Positions 49,701 to 62,799 of a stretch of 64,000 nt of DNA are shown piece after piece. Within the stretch, counting starts at the first letter, position 1. Every line of letters begins with the position of its first letter. Origin of the DNA: Octopus sinensis (taxonomy: Eukaryota); the NCBI RefSeq assembly GCF_006345805.1, contig NC_043004.1:77810001-77874000 (forward strand). Direction: 5' to 3'. Under the pieces are notes generated by a model. The model was not told the origin of the DNA and ran no database searches. It saw nothing but the letters and a program-made list of their open reading frames with translations. The position numbers and the translations under genes are program-made.

Positions 49701-51108
49701 AGCAGAGTTCAGCCAGTTGCAAGAATTTGGGAGCTTTGAGCAGAGTTCAGCCAGTTGTAAGAATTTGGGTGCTTTGAGCAGAGTTCAGCCAGTTGCAAGA
49801 ATTTGGGAGCTTTGAGCAGAGTTCAGCCAGTTGTAAGAATTTGGGTGCTTTGAGCAGAGTTCAGCCAGTTGCAAGAATTTGGGTGCTTTGAGCAGAGTCC
49901 AGCCAGTTGCAAGAATTTGGGAGCTTTGAGCAGAGTTCAGCCAGTTGTAAGAATTTGGGAGCTTTGAGCAGAGTTCAGCCAGTTGCAAGAATTTGGGTGC
50001 TTTGAGCAGAGTCCAGCCAGTTGTAAGAATTTGGGAGCTTTGAGCAGAGTTCAGCCAGTTGCAAGAATTTGGGAGCTTTGAGCAGAGTCCAGCCAGTTGC
50101 AAGAATTTGGGTGCTTTGAGCAGAGTTCAGCCAGTTGTAAGAATTTGAGAGCTTTGAGCAGAGTCCAGCCAGTTGCAAGAATTTGGGAGCTTTGAGCAGA
50201 GTTCAGCTAGTTGCAAGAATTTGAGGGCTTTGAGCAGAGTCTAGCCAGTTGCAAGAATTTAGGGTCTTTGAGTAGAGTCCAGCCAGTTGCAAGAATTTGG
50301 GGGCTTTGAGCAGAGTTCAGCCAGTTGCAAGAATTTGGGAGCTTTGAGCAGAGTTCAGCCAGTTGCAAGAATTTGGGAGCTTTGAGCAGAGTCCAGCCAG
50401 TTGCAAGAATTTGGGAGCTTTGAGCAGAGTTCAGCCAGTTGTAAGAATTTGGGAGCTTTGAGCAGAGTCCAGCCAGTTGCAAGAATTTGGGGGCTTTGAG
50501 CAGAGTTCAGCCAGTTGCAAGAATTTGGGGGCTTTGAGCAGAGTTCAGCCAGTTGTAAGAATTTGAGAGCTTTGAGCAGAGTCAAGCCAGTTGCAAGAAT
50601 TTGGGAGCTTTGAGCAGAGTTCAGCTAGTTGCAAGAATTTGAGGGCTTTGAGCAGAGTCCAGCCAGTTGCAAGAATTTAGGGTCTTTGAGTAGAGTCCAG
50701 CCAGTTGCAAGAATTTGGGGGCTTTGAGCAGAGTTCAGCCAGTTGCAAGAATTTGGGAGCTTTGAGCAGAGTTCAGCCAGTTGCAAGAATTTGGGAGCTT
50801 TGAGCAGAGTCCAGCCAGTTGCAAGAATTTGGGAGCTTTGAGCAGAGTTCAGCCAGTTGTAAGAATTTGGGAGCTTTGAGCAGAGTCCAGCCAGTTGCAA
50901 GAATTTGGGGGCTTTGAGCAGAGTTCAGCCAGTTGTAAGAATTTGGGAGCTTTGAGCAGAGTCCAGCCAGTTGCAAGAATTTGGGAGCTTTGAGCAGAGT
51001 TCAGCTAGTTGCAAGAATTTGAGGGCTTTGAGCAGAGTCCAGCCAGTTGCAAGAATTTAGGGTCTTTGAGTAGAGTCCAGCCAGTTGCAAGAATTTGGGG
51101 GCTTTGAG
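43723..51108. repeat. 38-bp minisatellite array, about 194 units, 7.4 kb
   Basis: Unit GCTTTGAGCAGAGT[T/C]CAGCCAGTTG[C/T]AAGAATTTGGG[A/T/G] read directly. Head-to-tail, with no unique spacers. Confidence 0.99.
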
Positions 51109-53239
51109 AATTCAGGCAAGGTCTATGATCTTAGGATATATTGTTCCATTTGTCTTGGAATCCCTGCAAAGGGTCATAAGCATTATTCTTTTACTTCAGA
51201 CCAAATTATATACAAAGATAAAACTCAACACTACATCCCATTTTATTAACATCCAGTTTTCCATGCTTGCATGGATCAGATGAGATTTATTGAGGCAAAA
51301 TATTCTATAGCCCTTCCTGATGTCAACCCACTCCTGATTCCAAGTAACATAATAATCCCCCAGTTTATCAGACAACAAACAGCTCAGACATGCTTTTGCA
51401 GACAAAGGAATCCATCTGAATGGTGTGGCTACTAAAAATAGCAGCTAAGTCACTCAAATCACAGCAAGCTATTTTTAAAAAAAAAAAGAACACATTAGAT
51501 ACTGTAGTCCTAGATGCACAATGCCTGAAAATAAATTGTGATGGTTATCAGTGGAGTACTTTGCTTATATATCTGCTTAATCAGAGTAGAGCTGGGGGTC
51601 GATATAATTTGGAAAGTATTCACAGAGAATGCATTGTTTGGTAGAAAAGCTAAAAGAACCAATTCTAACAAGTGAGAAACATATATCTGCCATTTCCCCT
51701 GTGTCTAACAAACTTTTCTTCCTCTTTACTTTGATATTCTTCAGAGATTGTCTTTCTCTCCAAATGCGTGAAGTAAATTTCATTAAAATGTAACTATCGA
51801 TGCTTATCACATAATTTTTAAATATCAGGCAATTACTTCCTACTTTTCTTATCTAAACTTACTTTATATTTGTTTTTATTTTTTAATTTATTTTTTGTCA
51901 GTTCTCAGAAGATATTTATGGAACTTTCAACCAAGAGAGAATTTTATTTTAAACATTCATTTGGAATTTCAAATTTCATAGTTAATAAATTTCGAGTTCG
52001 CATGGGGAATTTTATCGATAAAAATAACCGATCCACTTTCCATCAAATTCTTTCATCAAAGTTGGTGTTTTTCTTATTTTTCATTTGTTATGCATTTATT
52101 TATTCAGTTTGATTCAACAAAATTCCATGATATATGAATGTGCATAAATGTATGTACATATATATATATATATATATATATTTATACATATCATAATTAC
52201 AGTGTGTATATGTGGCTAAGTAAAAGATTAGATCGAGAGATTTATAGCTGTTTGAACATAAAAATGACATTAAAGATAAGACTCAAAAGACAGAACAAAA
52301 AGGAAAAAAAAAACTGACACAAAACTACCATTTCATGACTATTCCTCTAATATCAAAAGAAACCAACTGTCCTTGGCAAATGGCCAATAGTGTTCAAGTT
52401 CTATCAACCTGTTAGAGAACTTCCTATATCCTGAATCTAACCAATTCTGAGATGTCACAGACATGCTATGCTCCATCTCAATAATCATCATTCTGGCTTT
52501 TGCTTCGTTAACCTTTAGGTCTTTGGACTTTGGACCCTATTTCCATGTATGGAACTTGTTACTAAATCTCATTATAGATTCTGCTGAATAGATTCCTTTA
52601 TATGTTGCTGACTGGAATCATAAAACCTTAAAGAACAACCAGTCTTTATCTCTTGTGTTATAAGCTTCTATCTTTAATTTGTTTCAGTCATTAGACTGTG
52701 GCCATGCTGGGGCACTGCCTTGAGAAATTTTTAATGGAACAAATTGACCTCAGTATCTATTTTTTAAAGTCTCATACTTATTCTACCGATCTCTTCTGCC
52801 AAACTGGTAAGCTACAGGGATAAACACAGACACAAAGACACATACACACATAATATATATAAAGGTGCATGGCTTAGTGGTTAAGGTGTTGCACTCATGA
52901 TTGCAGGATCACAGGTTCAATTCCCAGACAGGGCGTTGTGCTGTGTTCTTGAGCAAAGCACTTCATTTCATGTTGCTCTGCAATCATAATGACATCTGAC
53001 ATGTTGCACCTGTACAGGTAATGTCGATGGAGAGAATGAGCTTATGTCTACACCAACATTTGATCATTATAAACAAATCATCTGTGTGGTTGTTCGGTAA
53101 GAAATTGTTCAACCCTCATACATTGTCTAACGATGGGAGAGTCCATCATATATATATATATAATATATATATATATGTATGTATTATAATGGAATAATTA
53201 CTATGAAGCATTGTGTAGAATATATTGTATAAAGTATTG

Positions 53240-53402
53240 TGGGTAAGGTCAGAACAATATGAAGTAAATGCAAGGCAAATCACAAGAAAACTAATGGTCA
53301 TAACCCTGAAATATTGAATACAAGGTAAGTCTACATTAATTCATATATTTGTTTTTTTGTGATTTGCCTTGCATTTACTTCATATTGTTCTGGCCTTACC
53401 CA
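53240..53402. repeat. Inverted repeat, about 52-bp arms (MITE-like)
   Basis: TGGGTAAGGTCAGAACAATATGAAGTAAATGCAAGGCAAATCACAA has a near-exact reverse complement ending at 53402. Confidence 0.9.
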
Positions 53403-53671
53403 TGATCCTTATATATATATATGTATATATAATTTTATTTGTTAGGGAATAAAATTAAAATATAGTTTATAGTATTGAACTATGAGAAAGTGATATAGGG
53501 GCCTGATGATTGGGGTTATATTTTAAGAATCGTTCCAGCAAAACACAGAGTGGTTAAGGAACCGGGAAATGTACCTCATGAAACACGTGTAGCCAAGTTA
53601 TAAAACAGTAGGTATTTAAAATAAAATTTCTTTTTTATATGGTGAGATGAAGGGGCCTACTATCTCTAAAA

Positions 53672-53749
<78 letters not shown>

Positions 53750-53821
53750 CCAGAGTAATCAGTTAAATGTGAAACAAGGTGGGGAAAAAACAGGACTCAA
53801 ATACCAGAGGAAGAGTAATAT

Positions 53822-53997
53822 ACTTTATTAATAAAGCTGCAACGACAAAGACATCACAAAATCTGTTACTCAGAGTTTCAAGTTCCTGTTCATTGGACAG
53901 TTTTAGTTAAGAAACTAAAACTGTCCAATGAATGGGAACGCAAAACTCTGAGTAACAGTTTTTGTCACGTCTTTGTCTTTCAGGCTTTATTAATAAA

Positions 53998-53999
<2 letters not shown>
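53822..53999. repeat. Palindromic dispersed repeat, about 87-bp arms; relative at 19828-19985
   Basis: ACTTTATTAATAAAGC...TGTTACTCAGAGTTT...CATTGGACAGTTTTAGTT-AAGA-AACTAAAACTGTCCAATG. Both copies share the flank CCTCTGGTA-T-GAGT. Confidence 0.85.
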
Positions 54000-54028
<29 letters not shown>

Positions 54029-54439
54029 CAAGGGGCATTTTCCTTGTTTCTGCCTGTCTCTGTCTCTCTTGTTTACTCTTGTGAATTCTTGGTAGGGAAG
54101 AAGAAGAAGAAGAATGGGGGGGGGGAATTACAAGATGTGAGGAGAGAGAGAAAGAGTGTATGTGTGGAGACAGAGAAGAGAGGGGACTTTAACACAAGGA
54201 ATTTCAATAAATGACATTCTGTTTTAATAAAATAATTCAGAGTCATATGACTGGTACACACACACACATATATATATATATGTATATAACCTCATTGCCC
54301 TTATCAAGATGTTCCTGCAGGAGAGTGGGGGTGGGGGAGAGAGAGAGAGAGACAGAGATGTGAGAGAAAAATTGATACAAAGCCAGAGAAAAGGGTATAT
54401 TTAGCCAAATTCCAGCTGACAGAGGCTGAAACTTTAAGA

Positions 54440-54456
54440 ATAAGAATTAATATATG

Positions 54457-54497
<41 letters not shown>

Positions 54498-54638
54498 ATA
54501 TATAAACACATACATACACACACATATACATGCATATATATACACACACACATGCATATATACATATATACAAACAGTGCGTATATATATATATATATAA
54601 CACATACACACATATGCATGCATATATACAAAAATTGC

Positions 54639-54695
<57 letters not shown>

Positions 54696-54975
54696 AATAC
54701 ATACATACACATATGCATACATATATACATATACACACACATATGCATATATACATATACAAACATTGCATATACACACACACACAAAAAGTTACAGAAA
54801 GCAGCTCTGTCAACTATAAAAAGTTGATGATACATATATACATACATATACATCCCAACTACATACATATACATATATATACATACATATACATCCCAAC
54901 TACATACATATACATCTTTCTGTCTCTCTCTCTCTCTCGTGTGTGTGTGTGTGTGTGTGTAAGTGAGAGGGACAG
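54440..54975. repeat. Compound (TA)/(CA)/(TACA) microsatellite block, including a 42-bp tandem duplication at about 54831-54915
   Basis: Direct reading. Confidence 0.95.
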
Positions 54976-55619
54976 ACAGAAAGAAAAAAAGTCAGAGAGA
55001 GAGAGAGATTTTTACATGTGCAGAATGTATGTAACACTGTTGCAAGCATGAAGCATCTCTCAAATGTATTAAGACAGGAAAAAAAAACAGACTGAAAAAA
55101 TCATGAGTTTTTGCCAGGAACCATGCACAGCCTGTACTTGGAATAACGGATCAAACATTACGGAACAATCAGAGAGTTTGGTTTGCCTGCAAACATGTTT
55201 CGTTCATGCCATCACATAATGTGAAAAAGTAAGAGCAAATGTTTGCGTATTGTATTGTTTTGCATGTGTACGTCAGTGCGTGTAAGTGCTGCGCTGTGTT
55301 GCATGCGTGTAGTATTAAGTTGAGAATGAAATAGAGAGAGATCGGTTGGTGTTCACACCATGATATTGGCAAGAGACAAAGACAATATCAGAGACTAGAT
55401 CACCAAAATAAATACATGGAATGGTACTACCACAGGGTTGTTTATCAGCATCAGGTGATGGAATCAATTTGAAGTTTACCGACGTGTTAGAGACTGTGCC
55501 AGAAATACAGACACAATGCTTGAAATTCTCAAAAGAATGGTTAGAATATAATGATGGTGTGAGTTAACATTTCTAAAGCACATTGCCTCTGTATGGAAGT
55601 AATTAACCACTGAGACGTG

Positions 55620-55637
55620 TGTGTGTACAATGTACAT

Positions 55638-55668
<31 letters not shown>

Positions 55669-55875
55669 TACACACACACACACACATACACATACACACA
55701 CACACACACATACATAATATATATATATTACATACATACATACATAATATATATTACACACATACATACATAATATATATATATATTACACACATACATG
55801 CATAATATATATTACATACACACATACATACATAATATATATTACATACATACATAATATTATATATATATATAT

Positions 55876-55951
<76 letters not shown>
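55620..55951. repeat. Compound (CA)n/(TA)n minisatellite followed by a pure (GA)n of about 75 bp
   Basis: Direct reading. Another (GA)n lies at about 63756-63813. Confidence 0.95.
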
Positions 55952-55952
<1 letters not shown>

Positions 55953-57259
55953 AATACATTCATTATACAGGTGGTTTTCATTCTTGGCTATAAATAAAGA
56001 TATATTTATATACTTGTGTATATAATTAGAAAAATAAAAAAATGTATCTGTACCCTACTTATGCCCATAACATCATCATTGTTCAACATCATCGTTTAGC
56101 ATCCTCCTTCTACGCTGGCATGGGTTGGATGGTTTGACATGGGGCTAGCTAGCAGACAGCTGTCCAGACTCCAGCCGTCTGTTGCGGCATGGTTTCTACG
56201 ACATGAAATATATATGTATGTATGTATGTATCATCATCATCATCATCACCATCTATACACATGCAGTTTTAGGCCCAGGTGTGTCTGTGTGGTAAGAAGC
56301 TTGCTTCCCAACTACATAGTTCCAGGCACCTTGGGCAAGTGGTTTCTACTGTAGCCTTAAGTCAACCAAAGCCTTGAGAATGGAATTGGTACATGGAAAC
56401 TGAAAGAATCCTACCAAATATGTGTGTGTGTGTATATATATATCATCATCATCATCATCGTTTAATGTTCACTTTCCATGCTAGCATGGGTTGGACAGTT
56501 TGACTGAGGGCTGGCGAACCAGATGGCTGCACCAGGCTCCAATCTTGATCTGGCAGAGTTCCTACAGCCGGATGCCCTTCCTAACGCCAACCACTCTGAG
56601 AGTGTAATGGGTGCTTTTATGTGCCACCGGCATGTGGGCCAGTCAGGTGGTACTGGCAACGACCTCGCTCGAATCTTTTTACACATGCCACCGGCACAGG
56701 TGCCAGTAAGGCGACGCTCGTAACGATTACGCTTGAATGGTCCTTTTTACATGCCCCCGGCATGGAAGCCAGTTAGCCGCTCTGGCAACGATCACGCTCG
56801 GGTGGCGCTCTTAGCACCCGACTACCACGGGGCACAAGTGCCCCGATATATATATATATATATATATTATATATGTCTATTTGTGTTTGTCCCCCACCAG
56901 CATTTGACAACCTGTGTTGGTTTGTTTATGTCCCTATAACTTTAATGTTTCGGCAAAAGACAATGATAAAGTATCCAACTTTAAAAAAAAAATTCCTAAG
57001 ATCAATTGGACTAAACCCCTTAAGCCAGTGCTCCAGCATGGCTGCAGTCCAATAGCTGAAACAAGATTATAAATAAAAGACATATATATACACAGGAGTG
57101 GCTGTGTGGTAAGTAGCTTGCTAACCAACCACATGGTTCCGGGTTCAGTCCCACTGCGTGGCATCTTGGGCAAGTGTCTTCTGCTATAGCCCCGGGCCGA
57201 CCAATGCCTTGTGAGTGGATTTGGTAGACAGAAACTGAAATAAGCCTGTCGTATATATG

Positions 57260-57296
<37 letters not shown>

Positions 57297-57513
57297 TTGT
57301 TTGTCTGTGTTTGTCCCCCTAGCATTGCTTGACAACCGATGCTGGTGTCCCCCATCACTTAGTGGTTCAGCAAAAGAGAACGATAGAATAAGTACTGGGC
57401 TTACAAAGAATAAGTCCTGGGGTCGATTTGCTCGACTAAAGGCGGTGCTCCAGCATGGCCACAGTCAAGCGATGTTGGAGGAGACAAATACAGACACACA
57501 AACATATATACAC

Positions 57514-57544
<31 letters not shown>

Positions 57545-59633
57545 CGACGGGCTTCTTTCAGCTTCTGTCAACCAAATCCACTCACAAGGCTTTGGTTGAC
57601 CCGAGGCTATAGAAGACACTTGCCCAAGGTGCCACGCAGTGGGACTGAACTCGAAACTATGTGGTTGGTAAGCAAGCTACTTACCACACAGCCACTCCTG
57701 CGCCTTATTAACTTTTATAAAGAAAGGTTGTCATTATCTTCCAAGTTTCACTTTCCAAGCCATCATGAAGCAGTCTGATGATGGCTGGGAAGATGAAACT
57801 AAATGATATCATCATCATCATCATTTTTGTATTAAGTTTGCAAGGTTCTGTTTAACTGATTGACTAACAGTAAGGAAGTGGTATTGAACCAGTGCATGTC
57901 TCTATTATTTATGTCTTTATTGCCCACAAGGGGCTAAACACAGGGGGAACAAACAAGAACAGATAAAGGAATTAAGTTGATTACATCAACTCCAGTGCGT
58001 AACTGGTACTTATTTAATCGAACCTGAAAGGATGAAAGGCAAAGTCAACCTCGGCGGAATTTGAACTCAGAACTTAATGGCAGATGAAATACCTATTTCG
58101 TTACTACCCACAAGGGGTTAAACACAGAGAGGACAAACAAGGACAGACAAACGGATTAAGTCGATTATATTGACTGGTATTTATTTAATCGACCCCGAAA
58201 GGATGAAAGGCAAAGTCAAACTTGGTGGAATTTGAACTCAGAACGTAATGGCAAACGAAATACTGCTAAGCATTTCACCAAGCGTGCTAAACAATTCTGC
58301 TAGCTCACCACCTTATAACTGTTATTATTGGCATAATGACTCTCCCAAGATGAAACAAGGTCATCATCCTTATTTTTGAGTCCACTTCTTCCATACTGGC
58401 ATGGACTGGATGAAAGTTACCGAGGCAATATTCTATGGTCAGATACATTTCCTGTTGCCAGTTCTTCAAGTAAAGCAGGAAACAAACCCATTTTGTAGGT
58501 ATTACCAGTCAGTTATATCAATTTTATACTGAACCATTTAGCATTCAATCTGGTCACATCTGGCCCAAATATTGAACTGGATTTCATGTTCAAACCAGCA
58601 AGGTCCAGCCTCTCACACCTTCCAAAACTAAATCACACAATCAAACTCTTGAAGTTACAAGATAATCCCTGATTAATTCAGAACAATGGGAATGAATAAG
58701 GATTTCATTTGACGGAGTAATCTGAATTCTACAGGTATCTGTTTGATGGATAAGTCAGGGTTTGAAATCAGAATGGAAAGGGACACAACTGAAGAGCACT
58801 TTGAAACTTAACCAATTCTTGCAGTCTACTGTCCCATATCACAAATATTTTTTATAGCAAGGTATAGGACAAACAAATAAATAAATATAATTTAAAACAA
58901 AGACAAAAAGAAAAGGTGCCAATAACATGTGACTGGAAATTTTCTATCTTAAAACATCAAAATAAAAAATTTATAAAATAAAAAATAACAAAATAAAACC
59001 CCAACAATTATTGATAGTAATCGATTAGAAAACAACCAGAATTACTAATTAATTTGGGAACCACTATTGTTACTATTACATTAAAGCAAAAACCAAACAG
59101 TCATATTAGTTCTGTAATTTGTACTAATGTACCGTTTTTAGTCCTCCTTGTTTTTTTTTTTAAAGAAACAGTTGTTTTAATCAAACACTAAAACCAACCA
59201 TTGTCAAGTGGAGACTTTTACGGATTCAATGACATAAATTATTGGTGAATCCACGACAAAATTATTGGCTTTTAAACACAGTTATTTGTACCATTCTTTA
59301 ATATTCATTAAGCATTAATTTCAATTCATATTTCTTTGGTCGGGGAAATTTCAGAAAAAAAGAAAAGCTTACAGTTTGCAATGGGATCATCATCGCAAGA
59401 ATAATTACCATTAATTAAAAATATGCTTATTTAATTTATATATGTTGTTGCAACATTTTTTTTTTTGTTTTTTGCAATGGAATCCATTTTTACTCCAGAA
59501 TAATTACTATTCAAAGAGAAAAAAAAAAACATTCAGCAATGGAATGGACAGGATTCCAAATAGAATTGTTTTAAATTCTTGCAACTGAACTTTCAATATG
59601 TCACTCGGTTAAAGTTACCATCATCATCATCAT

Positions 59634-60031
59634 TTAACTTTTTGATACCCCCACCCACAACAGAACCCCCTGGTTCTAGGATGCAAACTTCCCATTTCAA
59701 AGTGATGTAAATTAATGTCATCTATCAAAATGTTATGTTTATGTTCCAAATACTAACATATAAGGAAAAAGTTATTTTACTAGTATTCTTCATAATTTCC
59801 AAAATTAATTCGAATAAAGGCAGTGTTTGTCAACAGAAATATGGTAACAAAAGGGTTAAAGTGATTTAAATTGAAAATCATTCAACAAAATTTTATGTCT
59901 ATGTCCCAAACACCAACTCAGTAATGACAAAGTTATTTTACTAAATCCTTTAGTATTTACAAAATTAACTGAAATAAAGGCAGTGGATTTCAACAGAGAT
60001 CTGGCAAAAAAAAAAAAAAAAAAAGGGTTAA
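59634..60031. mobile_element. Same piggyBac-like MITE family, with a tandem duplicated right half
   Basis: AAAGGGTTAA ends at 59859 and 60031. Body shared with 18261-18717. Confidence 0.75.
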
Positions 60032-60699
60032 GGTCTGTCATTCATGCTGGAATGGTTGGATTGTTTGACAGGATCCAATGAACCAGAGGACTGCATCAAG
60101 TTCCAGTCTCTGTCCTGGCATGATTTCTACTGCTGGACATCCTTCCAAACAGAACCCATTTTACAGGGTGCTTTTTTTTGTGACACTAGTATCAATAAAC
60201 TATTTTACAGACAATCGAGAAAATACAAAGCAAAATTGAACTCTGATATATTGGTGTGTAATGATTGGAAAGGGACGCATACACACACACACAACAGGTG
60301 TCACTCAGTTTCTATCCATCAACTCCATTCACAGGGCTTTAGTCAGTGTGAGGCTTTCATAGAACATACTTGCCCAAGGTGCAAAGCAGTAGGACTGAAC
60401 CCAAAACCATGTGGTCAGTTGGGATGCCAACTTCTTAATACTACAGCCATGCCTGCCCTGACTACGTGTGTATGCATAACACACACACACACATGGTGCA
60501 GTAGTGCATAGGGCAAGATTCAATCACTGATGGGAAAATTTTTCATTTGTCTGAATTCTTAAATTCTTTGGAAAATTCTGTGGTAATTAAAGAATGGTGA
60601 GAATGTCAAGTATTTGTGTGAGTAGGAAGCTATGTAACCTATTTATGGGGGTATTTGAGGAAATCTCATAGAAATGCTTGTAACTATTCTTTTGTATCT

Positions 60700-61490
60700 G
60701 TTAAAAAAGAATCTTTGTCTGTTGGTCTTCGTGTGATTCCACTACATCTCTTAGGCACCCCTACATTACATTGGCTACACTATATAGAATTTCTTCCTAC
60801 TCCATTCTTGTGAATTGAACCACATCTCATATAGCATCAGCATCCTCTACTCTTTCCTGCAAACTATAAAACCTTTGTCTTTTAGGTTTACTTTTAGGTT
60901 TCAATCCTAGGTATTGCTTCCATGTTTGGAATATCTCTTCTAATTCTTTGCTGGAAACACATTCTTCGGCATCTTCAAGAACTGAAACATCAGCATACAG
61001 AAGTTCTCACAAGCATTCACTCTTGTGACCTGAGAGAACTATAATAATTAGAAGTGGTGGTGAGGATTGAAACTTGATAGGCTCCTATCTGCATGATTAA
61101 TTCCTATCTAAGCTCATCTCTAACTCTTCTCCATCATCTCTGGACATGGATCCCTTGGTCTTTGCACACCATTCATTTCCCTCAGTGTGTCTTAGCGACC
61201 ACAGAATATGCTGCTTTATCAAAGACATTCTCCAGTTCAATACTGACTTGCTCCTTAAGACTATCACTTACAGTTATCTCACTCAAAAGACAGCATCCTA
61301 AAACAACAAATTGAATCTCATCCAAGCAAATTCTTTCCAAATTATGTGCCAAAACTCATTCTGTTCCATTCAGAATTTGGTCCATTAGTCTGATGCCTCT
61401 TTAATTGCTTCTTTCTAGGAATCTCCTTTACTCGTGTAGCAGCTGAGGATGATGCGCCACTCATTGGTATGACACCGTCCTTCCTACTGA
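60700..61490 (-). mobile_element. Degenerate RTE-clade reverse transcriptase remnant with downstream Cys-finger (PHD-like) trace
   Basis: Frameshifted pieces GVIP(N)EW, R(G)IRLMDQIL, PLLIIIVL, *ELLYADV (YADD motif near 60990), FQTWKQ and CSQC...KRCSGIT. Confidence 0.8.
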
Positions 61491-62799
61491 ATTAAGCAAG
61501 TGATTAGTGTATGTCCTACATTGCTGAGTACTTTTAGTATGTCAGGAATTATCTCTAATGGTCATATATATATATATACACACACACACATATCTATACC
61601 AGGTTTCTCAAGCTGTAGTAGAAAACACTTGCTTAAGGTCCCATGCAATGGAATCATATCCAAAACCACATATTTGTCTAGTGAGCATCTTGACTACAGA
61701 CACATCCATACCTGCACCACACACCTGTGTGTGTGTGTATACATACACACACATATATATATACTTGTACTACATACCTACACCCCATATATATGTATGT
61801 TTGTATACATACACGCACACACACATATACTCATTCAGAAAAAAAATTTAAGGAAGCAACAACCTAACAAAAGTATTCAATACATAATACAGAGTATGTT
61901 TTTATTTATTAATGATTAAATAACTTAGAGAAGCTCAGGCGTTTTATTACATCACTGTGTGTGTGTGTATCTTAAATGACAGGGAAATAAAATATTGATG
62001 TATCTTGGCAACTCTAAGGTATTGAGTTATAAGTAAATGCATGTGTGTGTGTGTGTGTGTGTCAGTGTATGCAGTTGTGCATGTAGTATGTAAATGTATG
62101 ATGATGATGATGTATGTGGGAGTGTGTCTTATTCTCTGGTCAGATCCCCAGGGTTTGCAAACATACACAGTCTATGGTAAATGACACTTGCAACTAGCAT
62201 CATTCAGATATTATGGAGAAAACCAGAAAGGCATCAGAAATTACAAAATCAAAAGAGAACACTGCATATACACAAGATCCACAAAGAGATAATAATAATA
62301 ATAAAAATAATAATAATAATGATAATAATAATAAAAATATTAATCATCATCGTTGTCATCATCCTTTCTACTAAAGGCATATGGTTGGAAATTATTGGGG
62401 AGGAGATTAGTTGAGTACATCAACCCCAGTACATAACTGGTACTTAATTTTATCGGCCCCGAAAGGATGAAAGGCAAAGTCGATCTCAGTGGAATTTGAA
62501 CACAAAGCATAGTGACGTACGAAATACTGCAGAGCATTTTACCTGGCATGCTAACGACTCTACCAGCTCACCACCTTACTTTTAATAATCCTCTCTACTA
62601 AAGGCACAAAGGCCTGAAATTTGTGGGGAGGGACTAGTCAGTTACATCAACCCCAGTGTTTTACTGGTATTTAATTTATTGACCCTGAAAGGATGAAAAG
62701 CAAAGTCAACCTCGGTGGAATTTGACCCAGAAAGTAGCAACGGGTGAAATACTGCTAAGCATTTCATCCAGTGTGCTAACGACTCTACCAGGTCACCGC

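Noticed and set aside
43742-50976. Dozens of repetitive ORFs (MQLAELCSKLPNSCNW...) in the 38-bp array
   Set aside because: They arise from the 3-unit (114-bp) frame cycle, start at TTG, and are cut wherever the T variant makes TGA. The plus strand is also stopped regularly, and there is no sign of frame maintenance.
43723-51108. CRISPR-like array
   Set aside because: Units abut directly with no unique spacers, no cas genes are present, and the context is eukaryotic.
54304-55051. Longest ORFs in the track (146-177 aa; also 42151-42757)
   Set aside because: Translations of (CA/TA)n microsatellites.
55480-55493. 14-nt microexon candidate (cacag|TCTCTAACACGTCG|gtaaac)
   Set aside because: Weak donor, frame-shifting length, no supporting homology.
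59370-59412. MVIILAMMIPLQT ending at a phase-0 GTAAGC donor
   Set aside because: Such short ATG-to-donor segments are expected by chance in 38 kb, and there is no promoter evidence.
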